A stretch of 64,000 nt of DNA, taken from positions 57,164,001-57,228,000 of the forward strand of contig NC_042998.1 of assembly GCF_006345805.1 (NCBI RefSeq), read 5' to 3'. Below are positions 36,058 through 48,772 of the stretch, one piece after another; the first letter of the stretch is position 1, and every line of letters starts with the position of its first letter. The position numbers and the translations under genes were made by a program. The notes under the pieces were generated by a model. It did not search any database. It saw only the letters and a program-made list of their open reading frames with translations, and was not told the origin of the DNA. Source of the stretch: Octopus sinensis (Eukaryota).

Positions 36058-38074
36058 ACTCTTTGAAAAAATATTTGATCTTATTTGTTGTATGATGTGT
36101 TAATGTGAATAAAAAATTGATATCCCATTTAAATCTAATGTATTTCATGAATTTCAAAACATTCAATCTGGGTTCACATTTCTAAGAGAACTATATATGA
36201 ATTATAAAAAGAATTGTTTCGTATATAATATATACGGTATTTATGTGAAGCGGAGGAAAATTACGATAGAGATGATCTTTGAGAGAAAATATAGTGTTCC
36301 TGTAGTTGTCGTTGTTGCTGTTTCGTCCCAAGACTATTCTGATCGAGCAGATGTAATTAAAAGCATGTCATGAAATTTTCGATTTTTAATAGCACAGTTC
36401 CCTCTTTGGTATTATCTAAAGTGTCAATCTCGTTTGAGATTTATTTGCTATTTCTAGCAGGTCGACCACGTAAAGCATTTCTCGTTGGCAGCTAAAGATT
36501 GAACCACATCGCGAACACAGAATTTCTGGCTATAACACATTGAGCAAAAGACATAACAATAACCATGAAAGTCATTGATTACCTGAAGGGGACGCAGTCG
36601 ATTTTTCTTAGACTATTTTGAAACTGAGAGAACAATGTCCCAAAGTGCCAATGAAGCAGTTGTTACACAATATCTGGAAGGAGTTAGAAAGCTATAAGAC
36701 CCGAATTTCCACCAAACGACTGGAAGTCGATTCACTGTGACATCTTCTCGGATGTACATAAGAGCTCCTCCATGGCTTCTTTCTTTTCTATTACACGAAA
36801 TGCAATCTACCCTGGTATGTGTACTTCCGTATCTGTTATATTCGGAGTTAGATGTGTTTCTATAAGCGCCGTGAATATTGCTTCATTGCATATGGCAAGC
36901 TCTTCTGTTACTGAGTTGTAATACACCTACAATATTTACTAGGGATGGATACGATATCTGGGTACGTGTTACTGGTGTTTATCCTGAATCCATCACCTAT
37001 GGTGATCTTGTGCATGGCTTTGATTTTGCATCTTTTGCAGCTATGTAAGTTGTACTATTTTCTGGGCCATATATATGCATATATATATCTGTATATCTAT
37101 GTATACACCTACGTAGCGAAAGTAGCTTGGCAAATTTCTGTTAGCGTCAGTGAAATATTCATAGCTACGGTTCATTACTTTTTAATTTCAAAGCCATCCG
37201 AAGTCGAATTGCTGTTTTATATCATTTTGGGGTCGATATAAAAAGTAGGCTATTCAGTATTTGAATCAATTTAATCCACTCTACCTTTCCAAGCAACGTA
37301 TATGCTTGATATACTCTGAATGTTTGGCTCATAACTGAAAATGGTACAGATTTCACATTAACGATGGGCGACAATATTGATTTTCTACGTTATGGTGTCG
37401 ACTTCTTTAGAAAGATTTGAACCACTGCTCATACTAAAACCATTATTTCTTCCAGAATATCTACCAATGATGTTTGCCAAATTAATCTTGAGAAGTTTTT
37501 TGCGGCTAAACCTGATTTCTTTTCTAATATTCTTAATGTATTGAATGTTATGTAGAATTTTCAAAGCCCAGGAAACGCAGTAGTTAGCAGATAATAAACG
37601 ACTGGTCTATCACCATGAATTCTATGACGTTGAAATTTTCATATTCTTCCATTTCTCTAATCTTCACTATTTGCGAAGGCAGAAACAAATGCATAAATAA
37701 TGCCAATGGAATTACGCTGAAATTATCTGACAATCTAGAGTAGCTCTCATGTGCCAAATTTTCGTCTGAATAATAATTATGATTCTAAAAGAGATTGACA
37801 GGAGATATTATATTCAATACCATTCCTTGTGAAACCTAAAACCTCTTTTACTCTGGAAAGTGAATGTAGCTGAAATTCTGCGACGAAGCATTATAGTTTC
37901 AACAATAAAATTTTAAACACTAACAAAGAACATTTACTTTAACCTATTTGAACGCATCTGCTCCATTCAGTACATTTGACAGTTTCCTTCAAAACACAAT
38001 AGCACTTTATACACATTCTGAAAACACTTTCTATTCAAAAATCTGATTATTATATGTAACATAAGAAAAACTAT

Positions 38075-38236
38075 TATTGTTGTATTTAGGAATGGTCATT
38101 TTGCCAGTTTAGCCAATAAAAACACACGCACTATATATTTGGTGTTACTTTGCTTCAACATTATTTATTTTTTACATTAATCTTAATCTTATTTAAGCCA
38201 AAACTGGCAAAATGACCATTCCTAAATACAACAATA
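38075..38236. mobile_element. MITE with perfect 36-bp TIRs
   Basis: tattgttgtatttaggaatggtcattttgccagttt at 38075-38110 and its exact reverse complement at 38201-38236. Confidence 0.75.
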
Positions 38237-40199
38237 TCTGTTTCAACACACGATTTCATATAAAAAATCTTGCAAAACAAATATATAAACGTAATACGAA
38301 AAACTGCCTTTCTGAAATATGAAGTTCTAATAAAACAGCAAGAGGTCGTCTGTGTAGGTCTTTTAAAATCTGATAATGAAAGATGTGCACTTTCACCTCA
38401 ATGGTCGTCTCACATTCACAAATCTGTAATGATACTGTAAACATAGCATGATGATCAGAGTTTTTTTTTTCATTGAGAGTGTTGCTTAGATGTGTGTATA
38501 GATCTCTGTGTATCGTGTTATCATCATACTCCCATATTTTACTACTACCACCGAAACTTTCTAATTAATTAATGGTTTACGAATGAAATGTTCATTTTAA
38601 GCATTCAAGCGTTGTTTAAATGATCCAGGTCATTATCCAAGAAATTGTAATTAACAAAGAAGGATTAAAATCGCTGCGTATCATATCCCATAATATTAAA
38701 ACTAAGCTCCACTACATATATGATTATGCAGATGTTGATAATTCCATTCATCCTTATCAGATCTCACTCCAAAATACCAGTCATCACTAAGAGTATTATC
38801 GAATCAATGAATAATCATTGTCTGAATTCAGATAAATCTAAAGTAGCAATCTTTCAACCCTGAATCAATTATACCAGTTGTTCGATGAGAAAATTATAAC
38901 GATCTCTCAGGGGAAAACAATTTTAATGTTATGTTTGAAAATATGAGAATTCAGATAATTTTTCAAAGATCATCTCTCATTCATTCGTATTATAATCTAC
39001 GAAACACGAAGCAAGAAACTTGGAGATCTGTTATCTCATGTTGGACGAAGCTTTCTATACACTTTAACTATTATCATTTCCAATACTGCTACTTGTAATT
39101 TCTTCTCTGTAACCGCCCTCAAAAAAAAGTCAAGAAAATCAAAACAAAAAGCCTAATAAAATCAAAACACAAAAATAACTACTAGAAAATTTGAAAGCAA
39201 CAAATTATACAAATTGTGCTCATTTATTTCTATGATTTCCCGTGACAGAAATATGGCCTCTACATCATTCATTTTACACTGGGTACCAATAAAAAAAAAA
39301 AAGATATCTATTTTTGATTTTCAAAACAATTAACGATTTGGCTTTTTACTTGTTTTCTGACCTCTTGAAATCATGTCTCAGAATCATTTGAAAAGAAAAA
39401 GACGACTGAGAGAGTAAAGTGAAATTGCCTTGACTACTGGAGTATTAGATATTTCGGATTGAATCCTTCAGAGTACGCGCTCACACACATACACTAACAT
39501 ACGTGCACACGCACACACACATAAAAAAAAACTTGTCCAATGTGCCGCACAGTAGGAGTGAACCCGAAAGCATTCGGCTAATCAAATATTTTATCCACAC
39601 ATCCATAATTACGTTACGACATTAATGAGACCGCCCGCTATTTTCATATTTTTCATTGAAAATTATGTTAAATTTATGATATGCCACCTCGTGGTTCGTC
39701 AGAATGCTCCATGACGTATTCATGATTTCATTTCCTAACACAGGATGAAGTTCATATAACACTAACTCATCGGTTACAGATTAATCCATATGTCCCTTAC
39801 ATTCTCAAACATTCTCAAACACAGTACACCTGAACAACTTCTACTACTCAACAAATTATTTAACATTTCCTTTTTTCCTTTCGTCTTTCTTTCTCTCTCA
39901 ATGGATATATTCTTTTGATACATGATTCTGTGTGTCCCATTCCAAAGAAGATAAACATCCTGGCACTTTCAATATCTGCAATTTAAATAAAGAGATGTGG
40001 ACATGGACCAAGGACCAAGGAAAATTGCCATAAAAGAACAGGTGAGAACTGGATGGGACATGAAAATCCAGACACAGAAGGAACTTGAATATTCAAGAAA
40101 AGTATAAGAACTTGTAACATAATAGACGCAGCTTTCTAATATGTTATGGATGCACAATAAATGGAGACGTTAGAATAGATAATTACTGGGTCTAGATTG

Positions 40200-40930
40200 G
40201 CTGCTAAAAAAAAGTTGGGAACTTCAGAGAGCTAATAATTCTGTGCCCACGTATCGGCTTTCGTTACCTCTTATTTTAGCAGATGGGATCGCGTTCTCAC
40301 AGCGCAGAGTTCGTCTTCCTTATTGAAAACCATTTTTGCCGCTAGCACGTTGGTTGCGATGCGTTTGCTCACCGATTCTTCTAGATAACTATCTTCGTCT
40401 CTAATCTATTTGTCTCTATTGTTAGCTCTTTATTAATTTATTTATACCTATCGACCCATATTTATCCGCCTCCTTCAAGGAGCGCCACTACCCGTTATTC
40501 ACAATAGCCTCTGTGAATAGTCACTTAACTAACATTTTGAACTGGGTTTCGAGAGGGTGTGTTCAACTTCATATAACTAGGTTCCTATCTATCAGTCCTA
40601 TCTATGTCAACTGTGCTGTAACAAATTTCTGGGTTGCATACCAAACCAATTTCATGTGTGGACATCCTTCGCTCTGTCTATTGAATATATGATCTAGATT
40701 TTCCTTGCGGTTACACTATGTCTACACTAGTATATTATAGAAATCTACTCGGTACGTGTCGGAAAGTTAAAATAGTCTGAATAGACTTTAGAGGGTTTTT
40801 CACCCCCCTGTATAGTTTAAACGTACCCAATTCCATCATACATCTATGACACACTTCCACCTCCCACTAGTTCTAAGGAGAGGCGCGATGGCGCTGCTTA
40901 TACACACCCAGTAACACTGACTTAATTAAA
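40200..40930 (-). mobile_element. Highly decayed Tx1/L1-like LINE fragment (APE end and linker)
   Basis: LDHIF..GCPHMKLV.Y..KFV; FTEAIVNNG*WRSLK, resembling the AIVNN..W segment near 4230-4260. Confidence 0.5.
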
Positions 40931-42844
40931 AACCTTTATTTAAACTTAATTCATTCCGGTTAGACCACAAGATGAGTGGGCTGGTACGTGTATTCTATAA
41001 ATTCTGGTTGTGTCGATGAATCTTTTTTTCATTACGTTCCAATTTCCTCTATAAATCTCACAGAGTTTCTGTCAGCTCTACTTTGAATACTTGAATACTC
41101 CGTTCATTATTGTAGGAAACAGACACAGGCAATTTTATTTCTTTGTTTTCCAAGTCTGTAGGTAGTTGTGAGGTTGAAAGAGCAGAGCTGTGTTCAGGAC
41201 CTTGCAATAAAAACATAACTAAAAAAAAATTATCATCTTCATCATTCTCATTGCTCTCACCATTACTACTAGTATCTGATTATTTAGAATATGTCTACTG
41301 TTTGTGGTATCAGAGACTGTTATTGTGCATAAAAATTCATTTCTCATATGAAAGCACTACATTAAAGGCGGATATATAAAGTGAATACGAGTTTTCTAAC
41401 AGTGGGAGCATATTATTGATGTTATGTTCAATCTTTACAAGTATATTCCAGCGTTTTTACTATAATCATATACCATTAATTAAAATACCATTTTCCGGAC
41501 TTCATCTTATAGATAGATAACATTTTCAATGCAATACCAAATTATTGCAAATATTAATAGTTACAAAGCAAAATTGCAAAATCTTGATTTCATGCTGGTT
41601 TTCTACTTTGCAGATGATGGAAGTAATATTCTACTTGATCTCCAGCTGGTTAAGTAGTGTCATTCAATTGGACAGAGACTAATGAAATACATGCGATGGT
41701 TGCATTCCTTTTGCTACTCAATCATAAATTTTCATTTAAAAAAAAATATTCATTGAAAGGTTATTTTCATTTATTACACTGAGTTGCCATTTGATAGAAA
41801 TTTTGGTAAAAGTGAAACCTTTTCAGAGTTTGAAGCAATTTCCTTAATTTAACACATAGTTCTTTTCAATAGAAAATCAATTTGAAATAAAGCAGCTCAG
41901 AGATTTTGCCTTTCGGAATTTTTGTTGTTTTTGTCACTGAATACTTGGGTGGATCAATATGTTTCGTTATTATAGTAGTCAAAACTGAAGCTATCGATCT
42001 ATTTGAGTTGTACCACAAATCTGGTTCTATGGAGGTTGTTAAAATATGGTGACGACGAAATATACTTAGCGTAATGTATTAAACATGCAATACACTTCAT
42101 TTGAATCTTGACTATCAATTTATGCTTAAACTTGATACTGTTATACCGTAATCAAATTGGCTGCGTGAGAAGACAGAGATCAAAGGTAATCATATTTATT
42201 CGAGAAGTATTGAAAACATTCATAATTCAAATATATTGTCATAAATACTTGTACCCAGAAAGAAAGGCGATATGACTATGAAATGATCAAGCGGACACTT
42301 TCCAAAGTGTTTCATATATAACATATGAGAAATTATAAACCGTATGAAACTTCATTATAAAAATTATATCAATTTCAGAATGCATAATTTCAGGAATAAA
42401 TCGGATTTAAAACCTAATTTTCTTAGCTAATAATTGTTATCATGATTACTTTGTATTTCTTTAATGAGATATTACTTCTATTTTAACCACAAATATTTAC
42501 TAAAATATTCCATATTTTATATCAGTTGCATATGAAATGCATCGATAAATCGAGAACATTGCTAACACCATTTCTAACTGCCTAGAATATAGAAACAATT
42601 ACAAAGCAGTCGCTGCCATATCCAATGAGCAATATGCCAACTCTTCGACGAGAAGACTGACTAATTTTATATCAATAGCAGTCGATATTATACTCTATAT
42701 AGTGGCATAATATCTCAATACCGATTTTCCTGGAAGTCATTATCAGTCAAAATGCCATATGTACCCATTGGTCTGGGTTGACTTTCGTTATATTGTAACT
42801 CTCTATATATATCTCCAGTGCATTAGATGCAATTTTATAGAATA

Positions 42845-43357
42845 CTAGCAGTATCGCCCGGCGTTGCTCGGGTTTGTAAGGGAAATAACTATATAAGCAT
42901 TTTTAGAGAGTTACTTCCCTTATAGATGCCAATTCGGGCTTTCTTAGCCATTTCTATTTTGGTATCTTCAAGCCACGAAGTCGTTGTTCTAAAAGAACGC
43001 TGGTCTCCTTGACAACGCTTTACGACGTTGATTTCATTACACTCCCTTCCCCACAGCTTCACGAGGGAGGGAAGAAGGGGAAGAAGCAAACAGGTGCAGG
43101 TGTGACCATGGACGCCAACTCCGCCGCCATCGACACACGAAAAATTATGCATTAAAATGGAATGAAAAATGATGTTAAATTATTTTTAAAATCGTAGACT
43201 CATCGTAGACGCACGCTAATACCCAGACAGGCTCGATATGAATCACGACTATAAGATACCCGAATTTGGTTAAACTGCACCGCAAAATGTGGGAGTAGTT
43301 AGGAATCTAAATCGAAGGGGACAGACACTCACACAACTACAGTTTTATATATATAGA
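42845..43357 (-). mobile_element. Non-autonomous Helitron family A, copy 3, with ~220-nt internal insert
   Basis: A|TCTATATAT 5' end, hairpin plus CTAG|T 3' end, body homologous to 16763-17155. Confidence 0.85.
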
Positions 43358-46300
43358 TTTGCAAGTTGATTCTTCTTTGGAACCCGAAGAGATGCTTAAC
43401 TAAAAAGAAAGTTACCCAGTAAGCAAATAATATTTAAACGAAACGGCTGTTGCAGCTTGTCCTAATCAAGAATTAGAACGATCATATACAGAATGCTTTT
43501 AACTATTTTACGTATCAACAGTTAATTTTTATTCAAAGAATCCACAGAATAATATGAAACACGTTTTTGTATTTGGTTTGAAAACATCTTCAAACAGACG
43601 TGAAACTGACCTAGAGTTGAGAAGGTATATAATTGAAGAGTTTACGAATGGCGACGGAAAGACTTTCACAAAGATAAATGTTTGATTGATTAACCAAATA
43701 ATCAATTAGGTGACTGGTTAACTAATTGCTAACCAATTAACGAGTAATAAGGGGGTGAAATAAAACAAGTTCGTTTGTTTATTATTGATATAATCAGCCT
43801 CCCGAGATACAAAAATAATATTACGTTCTCTTTGGCTTCAAATTTCTACTATTGTATTCCCCTCTCTTTCCCTTGTCTGTCTCTCTGTATATCTACTATG
43901 ATAAGACATTTGTACTATCACCCTTCATACAGTAAGGAAAATATCGAATTAAGTATGAGGAAGGAGATAAAAACAAATCTCAGTGACCAGTATTAATTTA
44001 ATCTCAAACTGGTAATTAATGAAGCATCTCCGCATGTGTTTCCGTCTTCCTAGACCTTCTCAACCATGTAAGTCCTTTGTTGTACTTACTAGATTAGTGA
44101 TAACAAAATTTGTGCATTGATGTACAATAATGTATACGAGTAGGTCTAACATTTATCATGTAACTGAAAGAAATTACACAAGGAAACTCTCTTCACACAC
44201 ACGCGCACACAAAAGTCAATCATGTAATAACAATTATACATTATAATGCATGTTTACTTGCTTCGCTACTTCCCTATTTATATGCTGGTATGTATATATT
44301 TATTCCTCTGTCTGTCTGTCTGTTTCTATATGTATATATATATGCGTGTGTGTGTGTATGTGTGTGCATTACTCCAAGGTGCAAATGAACAATTGAACTC
44401 TATACATATTTATATCAAGGTGGACGAAGATAATTTCGACATTAATTGATATAAGCTTTAATACAACAGGAGCAGAACTTGGGACTCCAATATATTGTCA
44501 ATTTGTCTATTTTGGGTCTCAGTCCATCGGTCAAATTTCCTTGTTGTTTCCATCCATCAAACTACATTTAAAATGCTTTGATCGACATGAAAGTATGGAG
44601 AGATAACACTTGCCCTAGGGACGACTCATTTGGATTATAATCCGTTGTGGCTAAGCGGCCATTTGCACCTGGAATACTCAACACAGCAATTCCAAACAGA
44701 TAAAACAGTGAAATGTACGTAGAGTACATATAATGTAATCTTGTGTTTATCGTAATTTTTCTTTTATATATGTGTGTGTATGTTTGTGCGTGTGCGTGTA
44801 TGTGTGTGTGTCGTACATATACCTGCACATATAAATGTACGTGTGCGCATGTTTGAGCTTAAAAGGCGAAAGAAAGATATTCACTACGAAAGCAGATTGT
44901 TGTTATTTATTATACGGCACAGGTTACTCTCCCTTAGTACTCATATTTTTGCGAATTTTGCTGTTCACGTAACAAGTATGTGAAAACATATATGCTTATA
45001 TGAATACACTATTGTCTTATATCATATAATATCGTTATTCAAACCAGATTTCAAACGATAATTTTTTATTAAGCGCCTGTTTCACTTTTAAGACGATAAG
45101 TGATATTGATACCAGTTATACCAATACCGAAACTAAAAGTACAACCAACATCAACAATGCAAACAAATCTGTGAGTTATCTAACACAGTATAATTATTCT
45201 CTCTTTACAGGTCTTCACATTTAAATTAAGAACTTAACCGTTGCTAGAAAATGTACGTGAATTTTATTATATCACTTCTAAGAATTGGTTAAAATGTTAA
45301 CATCTTTACAGCTAAACTGAATCGACAAGAGCCATCTCCCTTTGTTCCCAAAATTGCTGTCACACAAAGTGTTTGTTATTCCAACTCATATGTTATCGAT
45401 CTCTTAAAGAGATCTATAAACTACACAAAAACTGATGAAAGAGCGATAATGTTCTAAATAAACCGGAGCATCGTCACCATTATTGAATTCTCATATTTCT
45501 CTATATGAAACTGATTGTCGAATATGATTGTGTAATACACACTACTTCAAATGATCAAACACTGTTCTTTGAAAAATTGCTTATCAATTCTCTATGCTAC
45601 GATTAAATGACAGGCCAATTTCGAGAAATATAGAAAAAAATTCATCGAATCTCTTGCTTAAATGCATTGATGATATCTGCTCAGACCACATGAAAGTATC
45701 TGATAACATATATTAGACTAACAATAACTGCTTGAATCCATCTGCTATAGCTTTGAACGGAGATAAGAAGACAGTAATTAAAAAGTTCACGTAAGCAGCC
45801 CAGATGAACAACAAAACAAGAAGACATCACCAACAATCTGCGCAGCAGATCATGTCATTCAAATATTATCAGAAAATATGGACTGAATAACAAGTTCACA
45901 GCATGTTACCTATATCTGGTGCGAAACTGAGCATGAATATATACAGATTCTACACGTTAGGACCTTGAAAAGAAATTTATAACTTTAATCTTGTTGAATG
46001 AAAAATTATGTCATCAGGAAAAGAAAACTACTTTAACAATCCAGCATTAACCACTAATTTATTTGTAATCCATATGATTACACACGAGGAAAAAGAAAAC
46101 AATATCTTAATACAAAGCCAATTGTAAGGAAGATTTTAAATAATTTTAGTCTATTATCTAGACTGAAAAATAGTACTGAAATAGGAAAGCGAGACATAAC
46201 TGATGAAGAATGCTTTACCAATATCTAGAGTAGAACACAATAACTTGTGTAAATTTTAATGTAATAGGGTTGTAGCTCTCTGCCAAGTCAATGTTTTCAT

Positions 46301-46617
46301 TCTTGACCACCACCAGATTTGCATTTAGCACAAATTGAACATCATATGTTTAGCTATTAGATATTGTGCTGCAATTTCGAAACAATAAAAGACAACCACA
46401 ATAGACGATCTCTAAAAAAACATTAATTGATGGACTCATAAAGAATATCAGTTAGTTGGATATTATTAGAAGAATGGAAATCATGAACCATCAGCTGTAA
46501 GTGATTGATGAATAACTAAAAAATCTACGGTCGCAGCCGAATAGAAAGATTCACACGAAAAGTAATTACCATTAAAAAAAGAGCGGAATTTCAAACGTGT
46601 TATATCAATAAGAGTAT

Positions 46618-47440
46618 GTTAGTTAGTTAGTTAGTTAGTTAATTTGGCTCAAAAGCAAATAGCAAGGCCATGTAGGGGGACATGGAGTTAAGTACAGGGT
46701 GGTGTTCATGTAAAGAGTTCAGGCCACTTGAGGTCCAGGGAGGCTTTGAACAAAGCGGTCGTCGGCATCTTCACCATCTCGTCTGGCAGCTTGTTCCACG
46801 GATCCGCAACCCGGACGGAGAAAGCTCCTCTCCTTCGATTGAGATGAAATCGTCGCAGGTAGAGCTTTTCGGAATGACCCCGCAGCCGACGCTCCGGAGC
46901 AGGAGTGAAGAACAGCTCTTTCGAGAGGTTACACTTCCCGCTTATGATGTTGTGGGCGAGAATGAGATCACCACGGCGGCGGCGTTTTTCAAGAGAACAA
47001 AGGTCGAGCGTCCTCAGCCTTTTTCGTAGGACAAATTTTTGAGACCATGAACCATGCGGGTAGCCAGCTTCTGGACTCTTTCGAGGTGCTGTATGTCTTT
47101 GAGGAGATAAGGAGAAGAGGCTTGAATCCCATACTCCAATATGGGTCTCACCAGCGTGACATAGAGTGGCAGGAATATGGCTGCTGTGAGCATTCCGAAT
47201 GACCGTCGAATCAAAAACAGAATTCCGCGCGCTTTGTTGGCAGCATGGACGCACTGGGCCGAAGGCGAAAAGGAGGAATCCACCAAGATACCCAGGTCCT
47301 TTACCTGATCGGTCCTCTCCAGCAGCAGACGACCCGGCTCGAAATCAAGTTGAGTTGCAGGAGTAGAGCCGACAGGCAGAGGACAGCACTTTGACACGTT
47401 CAGACACAGGTCCCAATCGTTAGACCAGGATATTAACTCT
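46618..47440 (-). mobile_element. Young 5'-truncated CR1 LINE with (TAAC)n tail
   Basis: KDLGILVDSSFSPSAQC..LYVTLVRPILEYG..LERVQKLATRMV..RRRRGDLI..LRGHS.KL..FSVRVADPWNKLP; a single frameshift near 47030; tail 46618-46640. Confidence 0.9.
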
Positions 47441-47989
47441 CATATTGTATTAAAGACACAAACTATATCGATACATGAAAGACTATAGCATTATTGTTGT
47501 AAATATTCCATCTTGGGATGAATTGGGCTCATTTGAAATGTATCAGAATTTATAGCTCCAATATTAAATGAGCTACAAAATGAGTAGCGAGTAAAGGTCT
47601 TTTTCTAAATGTCATTATGTCATCACTGAAACTCATCTGGTTGTTGCAAAACGACCGAATGGAAAATCAGTTACAAGGGATCTGCAAGTCAGCTGTTGGT
47701 GTAGAAAACTCACTTCGAGAAGAAACTTCTAAGCAAGCTGTTTAAATGAACAACAAACGTTGAGATTGATGTATCAGACTGGTTAACTGTTGTATGAACA
47801 ACGCTCCTATCTTAAAACAAGATTGTTTTCAAGAATTTCTTTTGACTATATCGTTAGAATGTAAAAAAGTATTTCAATTTGCACTCTATTCGTGGATGCA
47901 GTTATCCCTACGCCTTGCTATTAAAACAATGATAATATGTTCTACACACATGTTGAAATTTTGTTGGTAATTGAAGCTACTAACATAAC

Positions 47990-48530
47990 TAGAAACCGAA
48001 TGGGTTTTCGACGGGAGTATTTCACAGTGATATCTTGTTTATAGTGCTTCTTGTCATGACAGTGAACCTCTTGTAGACTCTGCTAAAGAAATGCGAAGTC
48101 GCATATTACGATCCACAGATGAGGGAAAAATTAATGCTATTTACACACGTTTTTGTGGTTGAGGTCAATCAGCTGTATTTAAGTTATACTCACGACACCA
48201 AGAGACTGTTAGAAGTGGCAATATCATTCTCACAGGATAAAGGTATAGTGATTAGTCTGGGAAAACGTTCATATTCAGTGGTCAGTCGAGGAAAATTTAT
48301 CGACTAGATAGGGGGGAAATGGCCTGTCTGTCTTCCCCATCTCCAGTGCTGAATGTTATGAGTATCTTGGACTTGAGTATTTTGCATATGGTTTTGCTGT
48401 GAATAAAACTACAGTGATAAAAGAATATTTCAGTGGACTTAGAAAGGGATGGAAGTCGGAGCTGTCTGCATTCAATAAACCATTCCACTCACAATGCTAT
48501 CGCAGTTCCAGCCCTGTAAAGGAATGTGAA
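47990..48530 (+). mobile_element. Decayed R4/Dong-like RT fragment
   Basis: FRRG-like GDILF; LLEVAISFSQDKG..LGK..SRGK; YEYLGL; HNAIAVPAL. Confidence 0.6.
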
Positions 48531-48549
48531 GACTACGTTATAGAATAAC

Positions 48550-48624
<75 letters not shown>

Positions 48625-48772
48625 TGGCCTGCTCGCTTAGCCAGCGGGTGGCGTCATTCGAAGGGTAAAACAATGCGAACGCATTGTGACCAGCGATGTA
48701 ACAACATCTGATGGTCTGGTCGGTCACGTGATCCCGTTTGTGATATATAATATATATATATATATATGTATA

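Noticed and set aside
36430-37030. Possible decayed transposase or coding remnant
   Set aside because: No frame gave a diagnostic motif.
45400-46500. Very old LINE-like remnant (KYGL, EI.KR motifs); similar texture at ~41900-42800 and ~37300-37900
   Set aside because: Too degenerate to assign coordinates or family.
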